From Octopus sinensis (lineage: Eukaryota), in assembly GCF_006345805.1 (NCBI RefSeq), contig NC_043009.1:41354001-41418000 (forward strand): 64,000 nucleotides of DNA. The letters run 5' to 3'. A program made the position numbers and the translations under genes. The notes under the pieces are model-generated. The model was given only the letters and a program-made list of their open reading frames with translations, was not told the DNA's origin and did no database searches. Of this stretch, positions 53,396 to 64,000 are shown in pieces. Within the stretch, counting starts at the first letter, position 1, and the number at the start of each line of letters is the position of its first letter.

Positions 53396-54460
53396 GAAGG
53401 CGCGTGGCTTAGTGGTTGGGGGCATTCGTCTCATGATCGTAAGGTCGTGAGTTCAATTCCCTGCGGCGCGTTGTGTCCTTGAGCAAGACACTTTATTTCA
53501 CGTTGCTCCAGTCTACTCAGCTGGCAAAAATAAGTAGTACCTGTAGTTCAAAGGGTCATCCTTATCACACTCTGTGTCACGCTGAATCTCCCCGAGAACT
53601 ACGTTAAAGGTACACGTGTCTGTAGAGTGCTCAGGCACTTGCACGTTAATTTCACGAGCAAGCTGTTCCGTCGATCGTATCAGCTGGGACCCTCGTCGTC
53701 GCAACCGAGGGAGTGCTCCTATGTATAAATGGATATATAAATATATCTATCTATATATAAGCTCTGCAAAGCTCTTATTAAAATTATTTGGAGACGATGC
53801 CTTTTCAAGAAAATAGCTGGCTGATACCAATAAACAAATAACGAGTTTGGGATTTAAATAATCGGTTTCCAGAATGGGGATAGTACATTTACGGATACAT
53901 GTATGTATGTATGTATGTAGTATGTATGTATGTGAAGGCGCGTGGCTTAGTGTTGGGGGCATTCGTCTCATGATCGTAAGGTCGTGAGTTCAATTCCCTG
54001 CGGCGCGTTGTGTCCTTGAGCAAGACACTTTATTTCACGTTGCTCCAGTCTACTCAGCTGGCAAAAATATAAGTAGTACCTGTAGTTCAAAGGGTCATCC
54101 TTATCACACTCTGTGTCACGCTGAATCTCCCCGAGAACTACGTTAAAGGTACACGTGTCTGTAGAGTGCTCAGGCACTTGCACGTTAATTTCACGAGCAA
54201 GCTGTTCCGTCGATCGTATCAGCTGGGACCCTCGTCGTCGCAACCGAGGGAGTGCTCCTATGTATAAATGGATATATAAATATATCTATCTATATATAAG
54301 CTCTGCAAAGCTCTTATTAAAATTATTTGGAGACGATGCCTTTTCAAGAAAATAGCTGGCTGATACCAATAAACAAATAACGAGTTTGGGATTTAAATAA
54401 TCGGTTTCCAGAATGGGGATAGTACATTTACGGATACATGTATGTATGTATGTATGTAAG
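53394..54460 (+). repeat. 538-bp tandem duplication containing a full SINE C and its 3' flank
   Basis: Units start at 53394 and 53932, are bounded by (TATG)n and differ only by small indels as far as I could see. Confidence 0.9.
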
Positions 54461-54495
54461 TATGTACGTACCTACGCGTGTGTGTGTGTGTGTGT

Positions 54496-54537
<42 letters not shown>

Positions 54538-54912
54538 GTGTGTGTGTTCACGCGCGCGTCATTAACACAACTTGCAGGCTGAAACTAGTAAAGGAGTATG
54601 TACACATATATAATTATATAATTATATACACAAACACACACAGACAATTCCCCACATCATAGACATATATCTATAGACATCCATCCATACATACATACAT
54701 ACATATATACATATATACATAAAACAGGCATACATTCATACAAGAGTGTTAGCCGTCATATAATAGGCAACGTTGGAGATATGCTTTTGCCAGTATAGGT
54801 AATATCAGTTAATATATACAATAATTAAAATTCAGCTTTTAACAAATTTCTTGGTGCGTAATATAATTCATAAAATAAATACAAATTTCAAAACAATATT
54901 TATTACCTATAA

Positions 54913-55408
54913 GGCGGCGAGCTGGCAGAAACGTTAGCACGCCGGGCGAAATGCGTAGACGTATTTCGCCCGGCGTGCTAACGTTTCTGCCAGCTCGCCG
55001 CCTTATAGGTAATAAATATTGTTTTGAAATTTGTATTTATTTTATGAATGCGTAGACGTATTTCGTCTGCCGTTACGTTCTGAGTTCAAATTCTGCCGAG
55101 GTCGACTTTGCCTTTCATCCTTTCGGGGTCGATAAATTAAGTATCAGTTATGCACTGGGGTCGATGTAATGGACTTAATCCAGTTGTCTGTTCTTGTTTC
55201 TCCCCTCTGTGTTTAGCCCCTTGTGGGTAGTGAAGAAATAAGTATTTCGTCTGTCTTTACGTTGTGATTTCAAATTCCGCCGAGGTCAACTTTGCCTTTC
55301 ATCCTTTCGGGGTCGATAAATTAAGTATCAGGTGCGTACTGGGGTCGATCTAATAGACAGGCCCCCTCCCCCAAAATTTCGGGCTTTGTGCCCAGAGAAG
55401 TAAAGAAG
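54913..55408 (+). mobile_element. Composite SINE B with an internal 87-bp fold-back
   Basis: 15-bp TSD atttattacctataa at 54898-54912 and 55409-55423. Confidence 0.85.
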
Positions 55409-56278
55409 ATTTATTACCTATAAATTATATACAACACATTTCTCATTTGTCTAACTCCTCTCATAACTACTCTGTCATTCAATCCTAATCTTTCTTCTCC
55501 CTCTCACTGATTCTTTCATATTGTGTGTGTGTGTGTGTGTGAAGCGTTGTTTCATTCACTGCCTGCCACCAAGCGTAGTACGTGCATTCATCCCACACCT
55601 CCATCTCTTTTTTACTTCTGTACTCCAACTCTCAATGTAATATAGTGTGAGTGGGAAAATTAACCAAACAACAAAATCAACCAACCAACCAACCAACATT
55701 TATATCGGCTATTATTGTAGCGAGATAATAAACCTGTGAGTTAACAGAATTGTTATCACGCCATACTAAAATGCTTAGCAGTATTTCTCGTTACTATTTT
55801 GTGTATAAATTCCACCTAAGTTGATTTTGAATTTTATCCTATCCTGGTCGATAAAATAAGTACCAGCTGAGCACTGGAGTCTATAAATTCGACTAGCCAA
55901 CATCCACAATAGAAAGAATTAATCTACATAGAGACAATGTTTTAATGCATCTGATTTATCCATTTGACATTACATAAATGCAGATACCGTGTCCAACACT
56001 GGAGTCGAACCCTTCATCGTGGCATAGCAAATCCTATATCAACGTTTTCGTTAACGACATCATCTAAGAGGAATCTCTAATTACTGGCATGTGTATATAA
56101 TTAAGCTGTATTGCTAATTATATTATGTGGTTTTATCGGAACAGATTTAAAAACTGTTGAGTTTAGGAAAATGTTTAGCATGTTAAAGAGATAAATTAGC
56201 AGCAATTCATTCACGATAAAACAGTTATATAAACACACGAAGAAGATAATGACGCATGTCTTTAGTAAAACAATGAGC

Positions 56279-56314
<36 letters not shown>

Positions 56315-57599
56315 TGTGTGTGTGCATGTATGTTGGTGGGGATGGGGTATAGAGATGTCTGTTTATATATTCGTAAAAAAAGAAAATTTTAAATGTGCTC
56401 AAGTTGTGCCAAGTTTGTTCTGAGTATTATACTGAATATACAAACATACCCGCGTGTATACATACATACATACATACATACATACATACATACATACATG
56501 CATACATGCATGCATGCATACATACATACATACATACATACATACATACATACATCATACATACATACATACATGCATACATACATACATACATGCATGC
56601 ATGCATATATACATGCATGCATGCATACATATATACATGCATACATACATACATACATACATACATACATACATACATACATACATACTTACGAACATAC
56701 ATATGTGTGTGCGTGTTTGTGTGTGTGTGTAAGTCGTCTAAGAATCCATAAATCTATATCAGGAAAAGTGCACTTGTGTATCTGTCAGTAGAGTGTGTAT
56801 ATTAATCGAAGAGTACAGTATTATAAATCTGTTGTGGCCGATATTACCAATCGGTTTCGCACTAGCAGTTCAAAGGATTTTTAGGTAACAGTTAGATTAC
56901 GTAACCTTACGCTCTTCAGAGATAGCCGTTATGGCATGAAATATGGTGACTGCTGTCTATTGTTGGAGGTGAACAGACACATCCGGTTTGTGGTTGGTGT
57001 GAAAAAGATGATGAAACGAATCGAGCAAGGGTTAAGTTGAAAGTTACCAAAAGCACCATCTCTGGGGTGTTGCAAGTCAGCAAGAATTTTCTGGAAGAGA
57101 ATTTATGGGGTATGTGTGTATCTTTAAAGCTGGCGTTCTTGTAGAAATGGAATGTGTCTATTGGTACTATATATACTGCAAATTTAGGGTAAATACTTGA
57201 TAAGTGTAAGCACCTGTATACGCCAGCTAGTGGCAGAGGTGAGAGGGTATATATATATAGCCTTTGTAAGGAGGCAGCGGTGGGGGGGGGTCATATACAT
57301 CTGTGGTCGTTAATGTGCTTTCTTTTTTATGTTCGGTTAAATTCGTGCGGCATCTATGTATGCATGTGGTGTGTAGGGGTACAATATGTGTCGGGGGCTT
57401 ATATTGGTGAGGAGGATGGAAAATTGTCTATTGGGTGGATATCCGTTCTCTTAGTGTGTGTGTGTGTGTGTGTGGTGTGTGTGTGTGTGTGTGAGTGTGT
57501 GTGATCGTGAGTGCGCTAGTGTATGTTCTGGTCAAACTCTTTGCTGGACTCCCGGGTATTGGTGAGTGGGGAATGAAGTTGGGGGAATTGGTGATTATA

Positions 57600-58200
57600 T
57601 TCATGATGTGGCAAGTAGGTATTATAGGATGTATTCCTTTCATGTGGACAAAGATTGACAATTTAACTTCTGCTCTTCAGGTGCTGTGAGCTCCTTAATA
57701 TAACATTTTTCTCAGCCGGGCATAATCTGCATTTCCTGCAGCTATTGAATCCTCCACTTTATGCAGTACTCGGAGGTGCTTTCTTTTAACGACCATACGC
57801 GCTTGGCCAGAGTTGTGGGGTTATGTTGAAAGAGGACTTTTGGTTGTTATAGCGGTTTCTGAAGGTGTCTTCAGTTACTCCTACGTACTTTCGCACGTTT
57901 GGTAGACCATTTGGTTCTGTTGTTCTTACCTCTGCCTCGTATTCGACGGTTTTCGTATTACTGTGGACACGTCGTTTTACCCATACACGGGCATCCTACC
58001 GCTGTCTTAGGTGTAGGCCTACCAACTAAAATCTTTTTTATATTGGGTGCACGGCTAAAAGAAACTCTCAGGGTGTGCCTATTAAATATTTCACCGAACC
58101 TTTTTGTACGAGGGAGGTGTTTGTCTTATAAGTAAGGCAAGTCTTACCTACTCGGGTTTTAACACTTAAAGAGAAGGACTGTGTGAACCACGGTATTTTC
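57600..58200 (-). mobile_element. Penelope-like element, C-terminal linker and GIY-YIG endonuclease, decayed
   Basis: IPWFTQSFSLSVKTRVG / KHLP..EIFNRHTLRVSFS..GCP / VEYEAEV..KYVGVTEDTFRNRYNNQKSSF / TTLAKRVWSLK / YCIKWRI / RS*IVNLCPH. Confidence 0.8.
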
Positions 58201-58353
58201 CGGTGTGTATGTATGTACATATATACATAAATATATATATATATGTATGTACTTACACACACACGCACATACACACACATACATTCACTCACACGCACAT
58301 ACACGCAGACACACACTCACTCACACACACGCGCGCGCGCACATGCACGCGTA

Positions 58354-59190
58354 TACATGGTGCGATGGGTAAACTGTAATTTTCTATTTTTTATTTCACG
58401 CATGCGCATTGTTTGTATTTGATTTTATCGACTACACACCGTATCTAAGAAAAACAACAGAATGACGCATTTCATTCTACCAGAAATTTGGAAACGACAT
58501 ACTGTACTGCTTGGCATTCACGTCGGAAGCTCCAATACGAACATTTCAGAATTTTAGGTGTCAGTCTGAGGATTCAGATACATAATAAACACCCAGTGAA
58601 CATCATGGTTTTTGGAGTGATCACTAGTGATGGCGACGCATTCATCTTCCCACACGGCTTCAGACTCTCACGCACACACGTACGCCTACATCAAGTGCCT
58701 GGAGGAGGTAGTGCTGCTCTGGGTCAAGAGGGTGGCTGCTAGAAGACCCTATCTCTGGCAAAAGGACTCTGCACCATGCCATACAAGCAGGAGAACCTGA
58801 TCATGACTGTCAGACAATTCCTGAAACCACATCACCCCTAGCATCTGGCCCGTTAACTCCCCAGACTGCAACCCACTTCATTATTATGTGTGGGGCGCAA
58901 TTGAGCGAGAACCAACAAAACTCCTTGTAACATCAAAGATGAACTGAAGGCAAGGATTATGACTGCATTCACCAACTTAAACAAGGAGACCGCCCAGAAG
59001 AGTTGCAGAGATTCCGAAGTCGTCTGGAGGCCGTGGTTCAAGCCAATGACAATTTTATTGAATAGATTTACTCTTTAGTATTTCAAGATATTTTTATGTA
59101 ATTTTAGTAAATATATCTGTTAAAATGAAATGTAAATGTTATTTTTATTTTTGCCTAATTTAGACGAGATTTTCTTCACCAAACTCTGTG
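58354..59190 (+). mobile_element. Internally deleted maT (DD37D) element
   Basis: KHPVNIMVFGVITSDGD, then WQKD-(37 aa)-H (third Asp mutated) YYVWG. The 3' end is homologous to 32172-32300. TIR match is weak. Confidence 0.85.
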
Positions 59191-59222
<32 letters not shown>

Positions 59223-59227
59223 CACGC

Positions 59228-59260
<33 letters not shown>

Positions 59261-60192
59261 CACATATATACATATATATATATATGTATATATACACACA
59301 TATTCATATATATACACATATACATATATATATATATATACGTACATATATACATCTATACAAATATAAATATATATACACATATACATATATATATATA
59401 TATATACGTACATACATACATATATATGTATATGTGTGTTTATATTATATATATATAAACACACACACACACATATGAAACAGGCTTCTGTTTAGTTCCC
59501 ATCTGCCAAACTAGCAAATCCATTTACAAGGCACTATTACAAGACACTTGTCCAAAATGCTGCGCAATGGTATTGAATCCGAAACCAAGGGATTTCAAAC
59601 TAGCTACTTAGCCAGACACCCGGGCTTGTGTTTAAAAATCCTATTCAAATTACTCATAAGACTGAAAAAGTTTTCAATGAAAATGAAATAGTGAATTGCT
59701 TCAATTCTGTGGATGTTTAAGTTATTAATTACCTATTAACAATTAAATATTTTAATGAACCCGTTCCTCCTCTTACCTACACACCTGTATTTAAAACATT
59801 AGAACCTTAGAATAAATCAATAACTGGTAGGATATACCTTAGGGATTATTTAGTTTACTGTCGAGATGTTTAAATCAGCCATCTTATAAATGAGCCGACT
59901 TCACAACATATCTTCACATTTGTTTTGTTGTTGTTGTTGGTTTTGTTGTCTTACATATGAATGATAAAGAAAATAATAAACCTTTGCCACAAATTAGAAC
60001 TGAAAAAGTTTTCTTCGAAGTTTTACTCTCAAAAATCTTATTAAAGTTGTCAGAACACTAGGGAACAAGCAATTCCATGGGGCATACATACGACAAATTA
60101 CTTAAATTTTCCAAGAAAATTTTACAGATCTGAAACATCTAGAAGTTGATGAGTGCATAAATGTAAGTATTTTCTCAATTTCACTTTGTATG

Positions 60193-60419
60193 TACGAGGG
60201 GGTGCTGAAAAGTTCCTGGCTTTGGGTAAAAGAAAATACAGGAGGATCAGTTAATTATGATTATATTCAATATATTGCCCTCTCAGATACACACACTTAA
60301 TGTAGAGGCCCTTTAGTTTTTATGAAATCAAATTTTTAAAAAGAAGTCGGAAGGTTGGGCCTCCAACTAGGCCTTTCGCACTACCTTTATAGACAGGAAC
60401 TTTCCAGCATCTCCTCATA
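60193..60419. mobile_element. Mariner-type MITE
   Basis: TIRs tacgagggggtgctgaaaagttcctg / caggaactttccagcatctcctcata with TA ends. Confidence 0.75.
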
Positions 60420-60921
60420 TGTATATTAATTCAGGTAATCTTATTCCATCTATGTATAATTACATATAGTTTTTTAGTGCCATAGTTTTGCATGGATAGC
60501 TTACAGTTGTGTGCATGCCATCGTTCATGTATATGTACATACATATACGTAAATGTCGAACAACGAGAATAAGTGCTCAAAACCGCAATGGTGGATAAAG
60601 TCTGTTTATTTGTGTATTAAGGCTACTATTAGTTTCATGTTAAGAAATGTGTCTTAATATCTTGACAATTTTTCAAGCCGATCACGTGTATGAATGGTGT
60701 TCATCTCCATTTTGGACGTCCTCAAACACCGGATAAGCATTAAACATGAACAGGAACTTAAAACAAACAATATATATATATACGATGGAGTACACAAAAA
60801 TAACCGGAAACGTTCGCAGTCGGACAAGCTCATTGTAGTTCGGGCTTCCGCTGTTAGAATCCAGATGATGCATCCATCAGGCATCAGTCTGCCGACTGTT
60901 ATCGTCTGGTGTGGTCGTACC

Positions 60922-61050
60922 ACTCACAAGGTTTTGGTCAGCCCGAGGCAATAACAGAAGACGCTCGCCCTAGGTGTCACGCAGTGGGACTGAACCCGGA
61001 AGCATGTTATGATACAAGTTTCTTTACGACACAGTTATGCCTGCGCCTAT
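60922..61050 (-). mobile_element. SINE family A, 5' module
   Basis: cactcacaaggttttggtcagcccgagg...gggactgaacccgga...cctgcgcc. Confidence 0.75.
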
Positions 61051-61068
61051 AGAAAATGTTGTCGGAAG

Positions 61069-61140
61069 GTGGCTACGGGGATGGAACCCTGTACCTCTCA
61101 AACGCTGCCTGAGTACTCTAAAGCATTAAGCTAAGCAACC
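61069..61140 (-). pseudogene. tRNA-Ala(AGC)-like pseudogene
   Basis: 72 nt; A-box TAGCTTAATGC, anticodon arm CTCAG-gcAGCgt-TTGAG, variable region AGGTA, damaged B-box GGTTCCATCCC. Confidence 0.55.
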
Positions 61141-61160
61141 CCTGACGAAAAAGATATGCG

Positions 61161-61220
61161 CTCTCATGCCGGGAATCGAACCCAGTCCACCTGGGTGAAA
61201 GCCAGGAATCCTAACCATAT
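61161..61220 (-). pseudogene. tRNA-Glu(UUC) pseudogene, 5' end lost
   Basis: GGTTAGGATTCCTGGCTTTCACCCAGGTGGACTGGGTTCGATTCCCGGCATGAGAG closely matches metazoan tRNA-Glu(TTC). A T5 run follows; acceptor stem and D-arm 5' are replaced by (TA)n. Confidence 0.85.
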
Positions 61221-62096
61221 ATATACATACATACACACACACACACATATATATACACACAAGTGCACAAACGGACACACACATACACAAGCATGCATAC
61301 ATGCACACTTGTATACACATAATATGCACACACAAATACTACATGCCCATACATGCACAGATATAAACATATAGAGAAAAAACATACGCATAGATGCATA
61401 CTTACGTGCATATACACACGTATATATATATATATATGGAGAGAGAAGGAGGGGATCGAAAGGGAAACAGGGGATGGAGAGAGAAAGAGGGATGTCGGGG
61501 AGAGAAAAAAGGAGTTGCAGACATAAAGCTTTGATTTTTAACTTGTTAAAATTATTTCCAAAATCAAAAGAAATCTGGTAGAAATCTTTCATTAAAGCGA
61601 TTTTCAGATAAGTTTAGATAGAAATCATTGATCACGTCTTTTTCGTTTTCATCGCAAACAGTCGTCTTCTGTATATTGTCTCCAGGTTGAATATATTACG
61701 ACCCGCTCATCCCTTTGTAGCGTAAACTGCATCAGGAAAACCGCTATAGAACGCTCTAGAAAACACGCACGCACACACACACACGCACACACACACACAC
61801 GTATTTGTGCACACTTGCACACCAACACACGGAGACACTCTTGCACAGACATCCATGTACGCTCTCACGCACACTCTTATGCACGTTAACGTATATAGCT
61901 GCATGGGCTCTTTTACAATGAACTTACACACACACACACACACACATGCAACTAAGCTATACACAAATACGCACGCATATACATGGATTTGCTCTCACAC
62001 ACACACACACACTCAGACACACACACAAACATAAATATATTTACGCACTCGTAAACACACGTGCACTTACAAACACAATCATAAATAAGCATACTT

Positions 62097-62139
<43 letters not shown>

Positions 62140-62999
62140 CACACCTTCTTTCATTCTCTCCCGTCCCCACATCTCTCTCTGCCTCTCTCTCTCTCTCTTG
62201 CTGAAACACACACGAACTTACAAACAAGCAGAAACAATCATATTTAAACATTCACGTGCATACGCATTTAGAAACACTATTAAAAAAAAGCATATCTACA
62301 CACACACCCACTCACACACACAAACACACACACACATCAAAAACATTTCTGTGTAGCTTATTTATTTATTCAGGAGAACTTTTCACCTATCTTTAACGCT
62401 TAATTAAATTTCCTATGTTTCAAAACTGCTTCATTATTTAATTACCAGTAAAGTACGTTGAAACAGCCGGTGGGCATGTTTCAAAACAAGTATTCAAAAA
62501 CAAAACAACCGCTTATACTAACTATGGTACACAGCTGTGTATCGAGTTTTGACAAAATATTTTGCATGCCCTACCCACTAAATACTGTCTTGATTCCATC
62601 ACGTCACATTATTTTTAAACTATTGCATTTTATCCAGCCGCTGTCGACCCACTGTCCATTACTGGATGAAGGCCTCAGTGTGTTATTGTTAGACTACTAT
62701 ACTGTATATTGTCTCTCTTGTCCTCGCTGGGTTCATGTGCCCATGTGGTTGGTTGATTAACTCTGACCGGAGGTAGCTTGGCCGTATTTGAACCCAAAAC
62801 ATAGATAACTGGACCTGATAACGCAAGGCATTGGTGCCGATTCACTGAAAATACTACTGATCCGTTATATGGAAATGGTTCCTTGAAAAGAAAAAAGGCC
62901 TAGGATTTGAACATGGAGCATAGAGAGCCAGAACTAATAATACAAAGCTTTGTATTCGATGATTTGCACAGAAATAAATGTATTACTGCTGTTGTTTCT

Positions 63000-63296
63000 T
63001 CCTTATCGAGCCATGCCTGGCTCATAAAGGCCGGTTTCCCGGTTTCCTTGGCGTATAGGTTCCTCACCTGGACGGGACACCGGTCTGTCGCAGGTGAGCT
63101 GCAAGAAGCAGGAGGAAAGAGTGAGAGAAAGTTGTGGTGAAAGAGTCAGCAGAAGTTCGCCATTACTTCTGCCGGAGCTGCGTGGAACTTAGATGTTTCG
63201 CTCATAAACACACACATCGCGCTCGGTCTGAGATTCGAACCCGCGATCACTCGACCGCCAGTCCGCTACTCTAACCATTAGGCCATGTGCCTCTAC
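63000..63296 (-). mobile_element. SINE family D, full length
   Basis: Head gtagaggcacatggcctaatggttagagtagcggact...gggttcgaatctc; tail ccaggtgaggaacctatacgccaaggaaaccgggaaaccggc. Confidence 0.8.
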
Positions 63297-64000
63297 TATT
63301 ACTGCTGTCACTCGCAAGTGTCCCATACTTTCGGTCATCGCCTTTGGAGCCTATGTTTTCGCAGCTCAGACATTGATACCCTTTTGGCCTTTCCACTCCC
63401 TGAACCAGTAGAGCATCGACATTATGATGGTTGGAGGGAGAAATACTGCACTAGTACTTGATTTGTTTGTATTCAACTTCAGTTGAGTACCTGGAGTAAC
63501 GTCCACTAGAGTGCCTCGCTCAAAGCAACCGATCCAGCACGATCAAAGCCACGATCTTATGGTCATGGGCCTAACGCTTTAACTAATAGGCCACATTACT
63601 TTAGATAAATGCATAACTTGTTAAAAATACTTCTCCACCCCAACATGCCGTAAAAAAAAGGAAGAATAAGAAAAGTGCTTTACTGTAACTCCGTGAGAAT
63701 TTTCTGCAAGACATTCTCAAAATATTGCAATATAACATTTATTTACTCTATGAACATTAACAAAAAGAAAAAAAAAACAAATGATGTCTACGACTGTTCG
63801 AGACTACATAGCCATCTAAATCAATTAGTGAAAACATGGTACATGTTACCAAAATCTTCGATTCCAAGGGACGACTGCAGTTTTATTTTATTTTTCATAA
63901 TTTTTCTTATAGAAAACACTAACAACCAATTTTCTTCTTTCACAAAGCTACACACAAATATATTTACAAGAAAGCAAAAAAAGAAATAAAAAAAATATGA

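Noticed and set aside
56830-56925. Complete hammerhead downstream of the Penelope relic
   Set aside because: CTGAAGA and a distant GAAA are present on the minus strand, but stems I and II and the cleavage triplet do not fit cleanly. Kept only as a truncated core.

Overview
This is repeat-dominated, AT-rich animal DNA. The SINE families and the microsatellite load point to an octopus/coleoid cephalopod assembly, which is my inference from recognising the repeats. There is one 100-N scaffold gap at 25625-25724. No intact host gene can be identified, and almost all listed ORFs are microsatellite read-throughs. Contents: dozens of copies of four tRNA-headed SINE families, several with clear target-site duplications (TSDs); decayed retrotransposon coding fragments (three R4/Dong-type restriction-like-endonuclease elements, an RTE APE domain, an L1/Tx1 piece, a Penelope GIY-YIG piece); Tc1/mariner relics (DD37D maT, DD34D mariner); MITEs; a short Helitron with canonical termini; and two adjacent tRNA pseudogenes. 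Most worth a second look: (1) a same-strand stack of retroelement 3' ends interleaved with (TAA)n at 43.2-45.8 kb; (2) several degenerate minimal hammerhead ribozymes with palindromic stem III from at least three Penelope-like terminal families; (3) four local fold-back duplications that would give long hairpins; (4) a SINE whose internal linker seeds microsatellites. These are unusual instances of mostly known phenomena. I did not find a clearly new protein-coding system.
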